A stretch of DNA of 64,000 nt from Brevundimonas sp. GTDB lineage: Bacteria > Pseudomonadota > Alphaproteobacteria > Caulobacterales > Caulobacteraceae. The position numbers were made by a program, and so were the translations under genes. The stretch lies in NCBI GenBank assembly GCA_016742215.1, contig JACVCC010000004.1, forward strand, positions 245,006-309,005, in the 5' to 3' direction. The notes beneath the pieces are model-generated. The model saw only the letters and a list, made by a program, of their open reading frames with translations, had not been told where the DNA came from and ran no database searches. Each line of letters opens with the position of its first letter. Position 1 is the stretch's first letter. Positions 17,802 through 28,265 of this stretch are shown here, piece after piece.

Positions 17802-19052
17802 TCAGGCCGCAGCCGGCTTCGAGATCGGGACCATCCGACCGTAGGTCAGGCAGCGCCAAAGCCACTCCAGCGGCCCCATGCTGAACCTCGACAGCCAGAG
17901 CGGCGACCAGATCAACTGGGCGGCCCAGATGGCGACGACCACCGTCCACATCTGCACCGGATCATGCTGGCCGAACCACATCGGCCCCCAAGGCGCATAG
18001 TAGAGCGTCACCATGATGAGCGTCTGGGTCAGATAGTTGGTGAACGCCATCCGTCCGACCGGCGCCAGCCAGGCCGTCAGCGGACGCAGGCCGAACCGCA
18101 CCAGCAGGATCAGGATGCTGGCGTAGAAGAGGGTGATCAGGAAGGCCATGCCGCTCGCCGCGGCGGCCAGTCCGCCGGTCGGATCCGCCTCACCCGCCAT
18201 CAGGTCCTGCCAGCGCCAGAGGCCGAAGACCGCCAGATTGGCTCCGCCGACGGCGATGACCGCCAGATAGATCCACAGCGGGGCCTTGCCGTGCAGATAG
18301 CCCGACTTGAACAGCCCCAGCCCCAGCATCATCAGCGGCACGGTGATGGGGAGCAGGAACGGGCTGATCATCAGTTGGAAGGTCGCCCAGACCTTGATGT
18401 TCTCGAGGATGCCGGAGAACCCGCCCGCCTTGTACAGCTCGATGGCAGCGGCGATGGCGGCCGGATCCGAGGGCGGCTGGCCGGCCATCATCTGGGCCTC
18501 GATCTCGGGCGGCAGGTTCGCCATGGCCCAGTAACCGGCCGTCGCCACGATGCCCCACAGCAGGGTGATGCCGCCGCCGACCCACAACAGCCGCTTCGGC
18601 TTCCACGACCGCATCAGCATCATCAGCAGGCCGCTGTAGGCATAATGCAGCAGGATGTCGCCGTACCAGATCAGGCCATGCAGGATGCCGAACAGGCCCA
18701 GCCACAGCAGGCGACGGGTCAGCAGGCGTCCCCGCTGCTCATCGAACCGCTCGCCGCCGACCAGGAAGATCGAGACGCCGAACAGCATGGTGAAGAGGGT
18801 GCGGAACTTATCCGCGAAGAAGACGTCGGTGACCCACAGGCCGATCAGATCCGCCCGGGTATCCGAACCCGGCGGCGGCAGTTCGGCCATGGTCAGCTGG
18901 AACGGCCAGGCGAATGAGATCGCGTTGACCGCCAGGATGCCGAGGATCGCCCAGCCGCGCAGCATGTCGAGATTGTAGATGCGGTCCACCGGGCGCACGG
19001 GCGCCAGGGCGGGCTGCGGTGCGACGGACGGCTGGATTTCAGCGGCGGCCAT
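17802..19052 (-). CDS. DUF418 (YeiB-like) membrane protein
   Basis: RIYNLDMLRG, KFRTLFTMLFG, GDILLHY, GRMAFTNYLTQ and GPLEWLWR motifs. Confidence 0.9.
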   Translation of the reverse strand: MAAAEIQPSVAPQPALAPVRPVDRIYNLDMLRGWAILGILAVNAISFAWPFQLTMAELPPPGSDTRADLIGLWVTDVFFADKFRTLFTMLFGVSIFLVGGERFDEQRGRLLTRRLLWLGLFGILHGLIWYGDILLHYAYSGLLMMLMRSWKPKRLLWVGGGITLLWGIVATAGYWAMANLPPEIEAQMMAGQPPSDPAAIAAAIELYKAGGFSGILENIKVWATFQLMISPFLLPITVPLMMLGLGLFKSGYLHGKAPLWIYLAVIAVGGANLAVFGLWRWQDLMAGEADPTGGLAAAASGMAFLITLFYASILILLVRFGLRPLTAWLAPVGRMAFTNYLTQTLIMVTLYYAPWGPMWFGQHDPVQMWTVVVAIWAAQLIWSPLWLSRFSMGPLEWLWRCLTYGRMVPISKPAAA

Positions 19053-19141
19053 GACGTGTCTCCCCCTTCATCAGGCGGGCGCAGCTTGGCCGTGATGCGC
19101 CGAACGTCAAACCAATTCGACGTAAGGTTTGGTGTCCGGGT

Positions 19142-19714
19142 TCAGACCTCGTGGCGGCCACCGCCCATGACGCCCAGGCGATCGTGAACCTGGGGCTGGG
19201 GCCGGAAGGCGATGAAGGCGGCGCACAGGCCGGCCCAGAGGGCGTAGGCGACACCGATCACGACCGCGAAGGGCAGGCCGCCCACGCCGAAGATGAGCAG
19301 CGTCGTCTCCGTCGCGCCGACGCCTTCACCGAGATTGGCGGCGCTGAGCCATTGTCCGACCACCTGGATCAGGGCGAACAGGGCCGCCAGGGCGACCGCC
19401 AGCAGGCCGCCATAGAACATGAACCGCCAGACGACGCCGAGACGGGTCGCCGGGCGACCGGTCCGCGAATGTTCGCGGGACAGGAGCCAGAAGCCAGCAG
19501 GTACCGCCAACGCGCCGATCAGGAGCAGCATCAGGCGCCAGTCCATCTCGATACCCGGCATCCAGTTGCGCGGCGGCCAGATCAGCAGCGTGATCACCAG
19601 AGGCGGCCAGAAGACGCCAGCCAGGGCGGCCAGAACCGTGTGCTGCGGCTCGCGCCGCCAGACCACGCGCTGCTGGCCCGGAAAGTCCTCGGGACGTTCG
19701 AGACGGGGGATCAT
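19142..19714 (-). CDS. Hypothetical 4-TM membrane protein
   Basis: Hydrophobic ORF whose start overlaps the hbd stop (ATGA). Confidence 0.75.
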   Translation of the reverse strand: MIPRLERPEDFPGQQRVVWRREPQHTVLAALAGVFWPPLVITLLIWPPRNWMPGIEMDWRLMLLLIGALAVPAGFWLLSREHSRTGRPATRLGVVWRFMFYGGLLAVALAALFALIQVVGQWLSAANLGEGVGATETTLLIFGVGGLPFAVVIGVAYALWAGLCAAFIAFRPQPQVHDRLGVMGGGRHEV

Positions 19715-20589
19715 CGCGTCGGCACCGGTTCATCGCCGGAATAGTCGTAGAAGCCGCGACCGGACTTGCGGCCCAGCCAGCCGGCCTCGACGTATTTCAC
19801 CAGCAGCGGACAGGGCCGGTATTTGCTGTCGGCCAGACCTTCGTAGAGCACGTTCATGATGGCCAGGACGACGTCCAGCCCCATGAAATCGGCCAGCTCC
19901 AGCGGGCCCATCGGATGGTTGGCGCCGAGCTTCAGCGCCTTGTCGATGGAGGAGACGTTCCCGACGCCCTCGTACAGGGTGTAGATCGCCTCATTGATCA
20001 TCGGCACCAGGATGCGGTTGACGATGAAGGCCGGGAAATCCTCGGCATTGGTCGTGGTCTTGCCCAGCGACTCGGCGAAGGCGACGGCCGCCTCATAGGT
20101 CTCGGCCGAGGTGGCGATGCCGCGAATGATCTCGACCAGCTTCATGACCGGCGCGGGCTTCATGAAGTGCAGGCCAATGAAGCGCTCGGGCCTGTCGGTC
20201 GCCGAGGCCAGCCGGGTGATCGAGATCGACGAGGTGTTGGACGCCAGAAGGGTCGTTGGTCCGAGCAGTGGGGTCAGCTCGAGGAAGATCGACTTCTTGG
20301 TCGTCTCGTCCTCGACGGCGGCCTCGATGACCAGATCGGCCTTCGCGGCCTCGGCCAGGGACGCGGCCTGCCGGATGCGCTTCAGGGCGGCGTCGGCTGC
20401 CGACTGCTCCGTCAGGTCTCGCGAAACCTGACGGGCGAGACTGGCGGCGATGGCGCCCAGCGCCTGGGGCACGCGGTCGCCGGCGGCGTCGAACAGAAGG
20501 ACGTCATAGCCGCCCGCCGCCACCGTCTGGGCGATGCCGGCGCCCATCTGGCCGGCGCCGACAATGGCGACTGTTCTGATCGTGCTCAT
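19711..20589 (-). CDS. hbd: 3-hydroxybutyryl-CoA dehydrogenase
   Basis: GAGQMGAG, NTSSISIT, GLHF, NHPMGPLELAD and GWLGRKSGRGFY motifs. Confidence 0.93.
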   Translation of the reverse strand: MSTIRTVAIVGAGQMGAGIAQTVAAGGYDVLLFDAAGDRVPQALGAIAASLARQVSRDLTEQSAADAALKRIRQAASLAEAAKADLVIEAAVEDETTKKSIFLELTPLLGPTTLLASNTSSISITRLASATDRPERFIGLHFMKPAPVMKLVEIIRGIATSAETYEAAVAFAESLGKTTTNAEDFPAFIVNRILVPMINEAIYTLYEGVGNVSSIDKALKLGANHPMGPLELADFMGLDVVLAIMNVLYEGLADSKYRPCPLLVKYVEAGWLGRKSGRGFYDYSGDEPVPTR

Positions 20590-20719
20590 GGATTCCGGTC
20601 GACTTCCGGGCGCGCGGCCCCTGTGGCGGGCACCTTAGGACGGTCGCAGGCTGGTGCAAGCGCCAGTCCGGTCAGGATTTCGCATTCCTGCGCGGCGTGG
20701 CCCGCCCGCATCTTCGACG

Positions 20720-21040
20720 TTAGTAGGCGACCAGCAGGCTCAGCAGGGCCGCTTGCGAGGCCGGCAGCAGATAGTTCATCACGCCGGTGATCAGGATCAG
20801 CACGATGATCGGCGTGATGTCGATCCCGCCCAGTGGCGGAATGATCCGGCGGAAGGGCGCCATCACCGGCCCGGTGATCCGGTCCAGCGCCTCGGCCAGG
20901 CTGGCGACGAAACGGTTGCGGTAGTTGATGACGTCGAAGGCGAACAGCCAGCTCAGGATGGCGCTGACGATGATAGCCAGACGCAGCAGGTTCAGCAGCG
21001 CGTACAGAACGAAGAAGATAAAGCCGATGATCGCCGCCAT
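20720..21040 (-). CDS. YggT family membrane protein
   Basis: ILSWL...PFRRIIPPLGGIDITPI motif. Confidence 0.9.
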   Translation of the reverse strand: MAAIIGFIFFVLYALLNLLRLAIIVSAILSWLFAFDVINYRNRFVASLAEALDRITGPVMAPFRRIIPPLGGIDITPIIVLILITGVMNYLLPASQAALLSLLVAY

Positions 21041-21161
21041 GCCCGCGATAGCTCCTTGCCGGGGGTTCGGTTCCGCTTCTAGCGACGCCGGCGCCGAAAC
21101 GCCAAGGTTTCCGCCACGGTGCGACCGCAGGACAAGGTTTCGGACTTGAGAGAAAGACGCC

Positions 21162-21237
<76 letters not shown>

Positions 21238-21469
21238 GTTTCCGGGTGCAGGCGAGCGCGCGACATACGAGCGCGCGCCGGGTGGTGTCAACGGGTTTGA
21301 GCGGATTGGGGGCGGTCAACCCCGGGGGCCTTCACTGGTTCGGAATTGACCGCCCGAACAAGGGGACGGTGGTATCCGCCTCGCCCGGGATCGTTACGAT
21401 CACAGTCCAGGTTCGGATCACACGCCCGGGTGACTTTCTGAAATCGGCGGCGCCCGCTATCTGGCGCGC

Positions 21470-22420
21470 ATGTCCGCCGCGCCTTTCCGTATCGCCGCCC
21501 TGTACCGGTTCGCCCCGATCCCGGATCGCGAGGCCGTGCAGGCGACTTTGAAAGCTCTCTGCGAGCCGGATGTGCGCGGCATTCTGCTGGTCGCGCACGA
21601 GGGGCTAAACGGCACGATCGCGGGCCCGGCGGATGCGGTCGACCGGGTGCTGGCCGGCATTCGTGCGCTGCCCGGTTTCGGTGAGATCGAGGTCAAGTTC
21701 GCGGAGACGGAAGCCCAACCCTTCCACCGGATGAAGGTGCGGCTGAAGGCCGAGATCGTGACCATGGGCGAGCCGGGCGTGGATCCGTCTCGCGACGTCG
21801 GGACCTACGTCACGCCGTCCGAGTGGAACGCCCTGATCGCGGACCCGGACACGGTCGTCATCGACACGCGCAACGACTACGAGGTCGACGTCGGCACCTT
21901 CCGCGGCGCGGTCTCGCCCAACACCCGCACCTTCCGCGACTTTCCCGCCTGGTTCCGCAGCGAAGGACGCGCCCTGCTGGATCGGCCGAACCCGCCGAAG
22001 GTGGCCATGTTCTGCACCGGCGGCATCCGCTGCGAGAAAGCGACGGCGTTCCTGAAGACCGAGGGCGTAGCTGACGTCCATCACCTGCAGGGCGGCATCC
22101 TGAAGTACCTGGAATCCGTGCCGGAGGCCGAAAGCCTGTGGCAGGGAGAGTGTTTCGTCTTCGACGAGCGGGTCGCGGTCGGCCATGGGCTCTCGCAGGG
22201 TGGTCACACCCTGTGCCGGGGCTGCCGGATGCCGGTCAGCCCCGAGGGGCGGTCATCGCCGCACTATGTCGAGGGCGTCTGCTGCGAACGCTGCCATGAG
22301 ACGCGCACCGAGACCCAGAAGGCCGGGTCGCGCGAGCGGGCGCGGCAGATGGAGATCGCGGAACAGCGCGGCGTCGATCACGTCGGCGCGCGACTGGCGC
22401 CGAAGCCGTCGGCCGACTGA
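21470..22420 (+). CDS. trhO: tRNA uridine(34) hydroxylase, rhodanese-related (UPF0176/YceA)
   Basis: EGLNGT, DTRNDYE, MFCTGGIRCEKA, GGILKY and CFVFDERV motifs. Confidence 0.9.
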   Translation: MSAAPFRIAALYRFAPIPDREAVQATLKALCEPDVRGILLVAHEGLNGTIAGPADAVDRVLAGIRALPGFGEIEVKFAETEAQPFHRMKVRLKAEIVTMGEPGVDPSRDVGTYVTPSEWNALIADPDTVVIDTRNDYEVDVGTFRGAVSPNTRTFRDFPAWFRSEGRALLDRPNPPKVAMFCTGGIRCEKATAFLKTEGVADVHHLQGGILKYLESVPEAESLWQGECFVFDERVAVGHGLSQGGHTLCRGCRMPVSPEGRSSPHYVEGVCCERCHETRTETQKAGSRERARQMEIAEQRGVDHVGARLAPKPSAD

Positions 22421-22421
22421 G

Positions 22422-22697
22422 TTACTCGCCCTCGTCGAACTTGCGGTCGACGAGATCCAGCAGGGCGTCGATGGCGGCCTGGGCGTCGGGCCCCTCGGCG
22501 GCGATGTCGATCGAGCAGCCGTTGCCGGCGCCCAGCATCAGCAGGCCCATGATCGACAGGGCGTTGACGGTCACGCCGTCGCGGGTGACCTGGATCTCGG
22601 CGTCATAGGCGGAGGCCAGCTTCACGAATTTGGCGCTCGCCCGGGCGTGCAGACCGCGCGTATTGCAGATGTTGGCCGTCGCGGTCGCCGTGCTCAT
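22422..22697 (-). CDS. ptsH: HPr family phosphocarrier protein
   Basis: NTRGLHARASAKFV (phospho-His) and NALSIMGLLML (regulatory Ser). Confidence 0.92.
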   Translation of the reverse strand: MSTATATANICNTRGLHARASAKFVKLASAYDAEIQVTRDGVTVNALSIMGLLMLGAGNGCSIDIAAEGPDAQAAIDALLDLVDRKFDEGE

Positions 22698-23098
22698 TTT
22701 TCGCCCTGCAGAACCCAGCTGGCCACCGAGATGTATTTGCGGCCCGCGTCCTGGGCGTGGGCCACGCAGGTTTCCAGCGGCTCGCGCACCCGGACACTGG
22801 CCAGCTTGATCAGCATGGGCAGGTTCAGGCCGGCGATCACCTCGGCATGGGTTTCTTCCATGACCGAGATGGCGAGGTTCGAGGGCGTGCCGCCGAACAT
22901 GTCGGTCAGCAGGATGACGCCGTCGCCATCGTCCACCGCGCGCGCGGCATCGACGATGTCGCGCCGGCGGCGCTCCATATCGTCCTCGGGACCGATGCAG
23001 ATGGCCGCGACCCCGCGCTGGGGGCCGACCACATGCTCCATGGCCGCCAGAAATTCCGAGGCCAGTCCCCCGTGGGTGACAATAACCAGCCCGATCAT
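22694..23098 (-). CDS. PTS EIIA (mannose/fructose type)
   Basis: MIGLVIVTHG, LTDMFGGTPSN and GLNLPML motifs. Confidence 0.92.
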   Translation of the reverse strand: MIGLVIVTHGGLASEFLAAMEHVVGPQRGVAAICIGPEDDMERRRRDIVDAARAVDDGDGVILLTDMFGGTPSNLAISVMEETHAEVIAGLNLPMLIKLASVRVREPLETCVAHAQDAGRKYISVASWVLQGEK

Positions 23099-23184
23099 GA
23101 AGGCTTCACCAACTCGCGCCCCAGCGTCCCGGCCGTTCTGAACAGACCGCAAGACCGCGCGGAATAGCCCAACTCCGCGTCGGG

Positions 23185-23610
23185 TTAAAGCATGGCCAGC
23201 GCGGCCGCGACCTTTTCACCCGCCGAAGCCTCCCGCGGATCGAGGGTCAGCAACGGAATCCGGAGGCCGTCAAATGCCCTGTGTGCGGGCTCGGGCAACC
23301 GGTCCGGCGCGCCGGGGGCAAGGTCCACGACCAGGGCGACTGCGACAGGCCCGACCGAATGGCGTGACGTTATTCCCACGCCACGGACCTCCATTCGCCC
23401 CTCGATCGTCGGGACGGGAGAGGCGAATAGCCGGCCCCCGGATGCGAACACATGGACGTAGTCGTCGCCAACCAGCCGCCAGCCCATTCCGACCAGGCGC
23501 AGGGCCAGATCGCTCTTTCCCGCGCCCGAGGGACCGGTCAGCAATACCGCACGCCATCCCTCAGGGGTGTGGCGGGCGACGGCCGTCGCATGGACAGGCT
23601 GGAGGGTCAC
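23185..23610 (-). CDS. hprK: Short alphaproteobacterial HPr kinase/phosphorylase
   Basis: HATAV, GPSGAGKS Walker A, LVGDD and MEVRGVG motifs; lies after chvG. Confidence 0.88.
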   Translation of the reverse strand: MTLQPVHATAVARHTPEGWRAVLLTGPSGAGKSDLALRLVGMGWRLVGDDYVHVFASGGRLFASPVPTIEGRMEVRGVGITSRHSVGPVAVALVVDLAPGAPDRLPEPAHRAFDGLRIPLLTLDPREASAGEKVAAALAML

Positions 23611-25244
23611 GCCCGTCGCGGCATGGCGGCGGCCGGCAGCGAGACCTCGAACCGGGCGCCGACGACGCCGCCATCCTTGCCCGTGCGGTTGCTCGCCACC
23701 ACCCGGCCATTGTGAGCCTCGACGATCTGCCGCACGATCGACAGGCCCAGGCCCGAGTTGTTGCCGAACGCGGTGCCGCGCGGTCGGGACGTATAGAACC
23801 GCTCGAACACCGTCTCGAGGTTCTCAGCCGGGATGCCTGGGCCGTCATCCTCGACCGTGATGTGGATGGGGCGCTCGAAATCCAGGTCATCGCGCCGCAG
23901 CGCCACCCGGACCTCACCCTGGGCAGGACTGAACGAGCGCGCGTTGTCGATCAGGTTGCGGAACACCTGCCCCAGCGGTCCATCACGGCCAACGACAGAT
24001 ACTGTCTCGACGCCCGATGGCGCGAACATGACCCGCGCCTCGCCCGGCTTCCGTCCTGCTTCATAGACGGACACAATATCGGCCAGCAGGCTGTTCAGGG
24101 CGATCACGCGCGGACGGTCGCGGTTGAGCTCGGCGTCCAGACGTGAGGCGTTGGAGATGTCCGTGATCAGACGGTCCAGACGACGCACATCCTGTTGAAG
24201 CAGTGCCGTCAGGCGCTCGCGCTGTTCATCGGTCTTGACCAGCGGAAGGGTTTCCAGCGCCGACCGGATCGAGGTCAGCGGGTTCTTGATCTCGTGGCTG
24301 ACGTCCGCGGCGAAGGCCTCGATCGCGTCCATCCGCGCCGAGAGCGTCTCCGTCATCGTCTCCAGGGACCTGGCCAGGTCACCGATCTCGTCCTTGCGGC
24401 CCTCCAGATCGGGCAGGGAGATGGCGCGGGCGCGCTGCAGGCGGACCTCGTCGGCGGCGGCGGACAGGCGCATCACGGGACGCGCGACAAACAGATGCAA
24501 CAGCAGGGCGGTCAGCAAGGACACGCCCAGCGCAACGAGGGCGAAGGGCATCAGGGCTGCGCGTTGCTGGGCGATGGTTTCATCGACATCGCCCGCCTCC
24601 AGCGTCAGGACGCCCAGAACCTGTTCGACGTGCCGGACCGGGATGGAGACCGAGACGACGCGGTCGCCGCTCTCGGACAGGCGCACGCCGGCCTGGGGCT
24701 GGCCGTCCAGTGCGCCCTCGACCTCGCGGGCCAGTTCGGCGCGGGCGCGTTCGAGCCGGACGCTTGTCCTCTTCTCGCGCTGCGTGTCAGGCGGCGGCGG
24801 CGGGGTGCCGGCCGGGCTGGCGGGCGGGAGCGGCTGACCGGGGATGGCCTCGGTCACGGCATAGCTGTCGGCCACCGGGATTCCGTCGACGTCGTACAGG
24901 CGGGCCCGCTGACCGGTCGGAATGAAGGTATCCACCAGAAGGGAGCTGGCGCGGAGGTAGTCGAGCGTGGGCTGCGGTTCGCCCTGGGTGATGCCCTGAT
25001 CGCCCAGCACCTTCACCAGGATTTCCGCCTGCGCCTTCAGGGTCTCCTGCCGCGCCTCGATCAGGCCTCGCGTCCATTCGTTCAGCGCAAGAGCGCCGAC
25101 GAACAGGATCAGCAGGCTGAGCAGATTAAGGGCAAGGATGAGACCGCCCAGCCGCGATCCCCCGAACCGCCGGGGGCGGCGCGGGCGATCGTCCTCCGCC
25201 GGAGCGGACGGCTCAGCTCTCGCGGTACCGGTATCCGACGCCAT
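23607..25244 (-). CDS. chvG: Sensor histidine kinase ChvG/ExoS
   Basis: Two TMs, HAMP domain, [26 protein letters not shown]...FGNNSGLGL; operon context. Confidence 0.93.
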   Translation of the reverse strand: MASDTGTARAEPSAPAEDDRPRRPRRFGGSRLGGLILALNLLSLLILFVGALALNEWTRGLIEARQETLKAQAEILVKVLGDQGITQGEPQPTLDYLRASSLLVDTFIPTGQRARLYDVDGIPVADSYAVTEAIPGQPLPPASPAGTPPPPPDTQREKRTSVRLERARAELAREVEGALDGQPQAGVRLSESGDRVVSVSIPVRHVEQVLGVLTLEAGDVDETIAQQRAALMPFALVALGVSLLTALLLHLFVARPVMRLSAAADEVRLQRARAISLPDLEGRKDEIGDLARSLETMTETLSARMDAIEAFAADVSHEIKNPLTSIRSALETLPLVKTDEQRERLTALLQQDVRRLDRLITDISNASRLDAELNRDRPRVIALNSLLADIVSVYEAGRKPGEARVMFAPSGVETVSVVGRDGPLGQVFRNLIDNARSFSPAQGEVRVALRRDDLDFERPIHITVEDDGPGIPAENLETVFERFYTSRPRGTAFGNNSGLGLSIVRQIVEAHNGRVVASNRTGKDGGVVGARFEVSLPAAAMPRRA

Positions 25245-25917
25245 ACAGGGTCTCGATCGCGTCGAACTCGGGATCGACGACCCGGAACTTCTTGCGCATC
25301 CGCTTCACGTGACTGTCGATGGTGCGGTCATCGACATAGACCTGATCGTCGTAGGCGGCGTCCATCAGGTTGTCGCGGCTCTTCACGAAACCCGGGCGCT
25401 GGGCCAACGCCTGCAGAAGCAGGAACTCGGTGACCGTCAGCTTGACCGGCTTGCCGTCCCACATGCTCTCGTGGCGTGCGGGGTCCATGGTCAGCTTGCC
25501 ACGTTTGATGGCCTTGTTGCCGCCTTCGGCCGAAGTCTCGGGCTCGCCGCCGTCCACGCCCGAACGGCGCAGCAGGGCCTTCACCCGCTCGATCAGCAGA
25601 CGCTGGCTGAAGGGTTTGTGGATGTAGTCGTCGGCGCCGAGGTTGAAGCCGAGGATTTCGTCGATCTCCTCATCCTTCGACGTCAGCATGATGACCGGCA
25701 GACTGGAGGTCTGACGCAGACGACGCAGGACCTCCATGCCGTCCATGCGCGGCATCTTCACATCGAGGATGGCCAGGTCCGGCGGCGAGGTCTCCAGCGC
25801 CTCCAGGCCGGCGGCCCCGTCATGATAGGCCGTGACCTTGTGTCCATGGCTTTCCAGCGCCAGCGAGACGGAGGCGACGATGTTCTCGTCGTCGTCGACC
25901 AGGGTGATGTTCGCCAA
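25213..25917 (-). CDS. chvI: Response regulator ChvI
   Basis: OmpR-type; [27 protein letters not shown]...[11 protein letters not shown] signature; TTG start. Confidence 0.95.
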   Translation of the reverse strand: MANITLVDDDENIVASVSLALESHGHKVTAYHDGAAGLEALETSPPDLAILDVKMPRMDGMEVLRRLRQTSSLPVIMLTSKDEEIDEILGFNLGADDYIHKPFSQRLLIERVKALLRRSGVDGGEPETSAEGGNKAIKRGKLTMDPARHESMWDGKPVKLTVTEFLLLQALAQRPGFVKSRDNLMDAAYDDQVYVDDRTIDSHVKRMRKKFRVVDPEFDAIETLYGVGYRYRES

Positions 25918-26093
25918 GGGGCTCTCCTTGCAGACTCATTCTTGCGGATGTTCAACGCGCAGCAAGCGTAACCGTTCTACGCCATCGCGGTGAGATTGCG
26001 GCGGAAAAGATGGCGAGCCCGGCCTTAGTTCGCAATGAAACCGGACCTTAAAGTCTCGCGACGATGATGGGCGGCTGTTTGCGCGAGCGTATC

Positions 26094-27809
26094 ATGGCCG
26101 GACCTGTCCACTACGAAGTCTATATCCGGAAGACCGCCCCGGCGCCCTGGACCTTGCAGGTGGCGACCGAGGACCGCGCTCACGCAATCGAAACGGCTGA
26201 AGACATCCTGCGTGACAACCGCGCCGCCGCCGTTCGGGTGACAAAGGAAACGCTCGATCCGGACACCATGGAGTTCAACAGCATCACGGTGCTGACCAAG
26301 GGTGCGCCGGAGGTGAAGCGCAAGCGGCTGGTGCCCGAGGAAGAAGCCGGGCCCCGCTGCGGCGGTCCACAGGATCTTTACACCCCCATGGCCCGCGAGC
26401 TGATCGGACGGGTGCTGGAAGACTGGCTGCAACGACAGGGCGCCACGACATTCGAGCTGCTTCACCGCCCCGATCTGGCCGAGCGGCTGGATGCGTCCGG
26501 CGTCGAACTGCAACACGCCATCCAGAAGGTCGCCGTACCCGAAAGCCAGGCAGTCGGTCAGCCGGTTCATGACCTCGTCCGGCACTATCAGAAGCTTTCC
26601 GAGCAGACGATCGAGCGCCTCGTCGCCGCAGGCCGCAAGGGTCGCTTCCCGGGCCTGGACAATCATTCCCTCGCCGATCTGGCCCACCGGCTCAGCGGCC
26701 AGCCCGACCGCGGCTTCATCATGGCCGGTGTTATTGCCGGAGCGCTCAAGGGCGTTCGCGGCAATCGGGCCAGACTCGACAAGCTGATGGACCTCGCCGA
26801 GCGGGCGCCCATGGACGGACCGCCACGCGCCCTGGTCATGGTCGCGATCGAGCAACTGCTTTGCGAAATGCTTGGAGCACGCACCAGCCTGGCCGAAATT
26901 CTCGGGCCGTCGCTGGATCAGGGCGCCTCACTGGCCGCAGTGGTGCGGATGGTCGCGCCGCGCGAGGTCGATCTGATCATCGCGCAGGATGTCCGCATGG
27001 CGCTTCTGGTGCCGATCGTCGACGGTCCGGCAGCGCGCCTGGGCGCCCGTATCGAGGCGGGTGAATTCCCACTTCTGTCGGCCGCCCTGGCCCGCATGGT
27101 TCTGCGCGAACTGATGAGCCCGCGACGCCTCCGTCCAGCGGATGCGGCAGGCGAGATCGAAATCCTGCGAGCGCTCGCCATGACCCTGACGGCGACAGCA
27201 GGGCGCTTGCTGACGCTCGAAGAGGTGCAGACAGCCTTTAACGAACGATCGAAAGCCCTGGTCACGGCCGACTTCGTCGCCGCCTATGTGAAGCTGTGCG
27301 AATCCGTCCAGTGCGAGGCCGAGGCCCTGACCCGGCTGTGTGAGAACGTCACGGGCGTCGCCAACAAGCGGTCGGCGGCGCGCTGGCTGCTGGCCTGCAT
27401 CTCCTCCCTTCGGTTCGAGACCGAGATGCGGGAACCGCAGCCCCAGGCGGCGCTGCACAAGCTGGCGCTTCTGGCCAACATGCAGCGGGCCATCAGGGCC
27501 TGCGGCCTGTCGCAACGCGATGAAGAGGATATCGGGACCGCCTTTGGCGTGGTTGGCGGGGCGGTTGAGGCCGAGGGCAAGGCGGTGGCGGCCCTGGTTC
27601 GCTCACCTGCGCCGGTCCCGCAAAAGCTGACCGCCTTGCTCAGACTGGCCGCCGGCGAGACCGCCCCCTTCGGTCCCGCCGCAGACAGGGCGAAGGCTGA
27701 AGCTCTCCGCCTGTTCCGGATGCCGGACGCGCGGGCGGCGCTGGCGGCCCGACCGGAGGCGCTGGGTCCGCTGAAAGGCCTGATGAAGGCCGCCGGGCTC
27801 GCTGCCTGA
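26094..27809 (+). CDS. Hypothetical soluble protein (about 571 aa, helical)
   Basis: Long ORF with coding-like composition; no motif I recognise. Confidence 0.8.
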   Translation: MAGPVHYEVYIRKTAPAPWTLQVATEDRAHAIETAEDILRDNRAAAVRVTKETLDPDTMEFNSITVLTKGAPEVKRKRLVPEEEAGPRCGGPQDLYTPMARELIGRVLEDWLQRQGATTFELLHRPDLAERLDASGVELQHAIQKVAVPESQAVGQPVHDLVRHYQKLSEQTIERLVAAGRKGRFPGLDNHSLADLAHRLSGQPDRGFIMAGVIAGALKGVRGNRARLDKLMDLAERAPMDGPPRALVMVAIEQLLCEMLGARTSLAEILGPSLDQGASLAAVVRMVAPREVDLIIAQDVRMALLVPIVDGPAARLGARIEAGEFPLLSAALARMVLRELMSPRRLRPADAAGEIEILRALAMTLTATAGRLLTLEEVQTAFNERSKALVTADFVAAYVKLCESVQCEAEALTRLCENVTGVANKRSAARWLLACISSLRFETEMREPQPQAALHKLALLANMQRAIRACGLSQRDEEDIGTAFGVVGGAVEAEGKAVAALVRSPAPVPQKLTALLRLAAGETAPFGPAADRAKAEALRLFRMPDARAALAARPEALGPLKGLMKAAGLAA

Positions 27810-27831
27810 ACAACGGGCCGGCGGCGAGCCG

Positions 27832-28185
27832 TCAGTCGAAGATGTCGAAGATGTCCATCCGCTTCTTCTTTTTGTAGCGGTAGTCGTCGTGGCGGTAGCG
27901 GTCGTCGCGATGCCGCTCGTCACGATAGCGATCGTCGGGGCGCTGCCCCCAGGCCTGCGGCGCAGGCTGTTGCGGGGGATAGGACGGCTGCGGTTGCGGC
28001 GCAGGAGCCGGCGCGGCGACGGGGGCCGCGGCACGACCCTCGGCCGTGGCGGCCTCCATCAGCTTTTCCAGTTCGCCGCGATCCAGCCAGACCCCGCGGC
28101 AGGTGGGGCACATGTCGAACTGGACGCCGCCGCGCTCCAGCGTCTGCATGGCGGCATTGTCGTTCGGGCACATCAGAAGCGGCAT
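27832..28185 (-). CDS. zf-TFIIB zinc-ribbon protein
   Basis: MPLLMCPND...CPTCRGVWLDRGELEK, C-terminal KKKKRMDIFDIFD; RBS AAGGAGA. Confidence 0.88.
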   Translation of the reverse strand: MPLLMCPNDNAAMQTLERGGVQFDMCPTCRGVWLDRGELEKLMEAATAEGRAAAPVAAPAPAPQPQPSYPPQQPAPQAWGQRPDDRYRDERHRDDRYRHDDYRYKKKKRMDIFDIFD

Positions 28186-28265
28186 GGCGCTCTCCTTCAC
28201 TACAGCCTCAACAGCTACGGCGTGGGAGGGCTCCGGCCAAGGCGGCGCGGCGATCCGCCGCGCGA

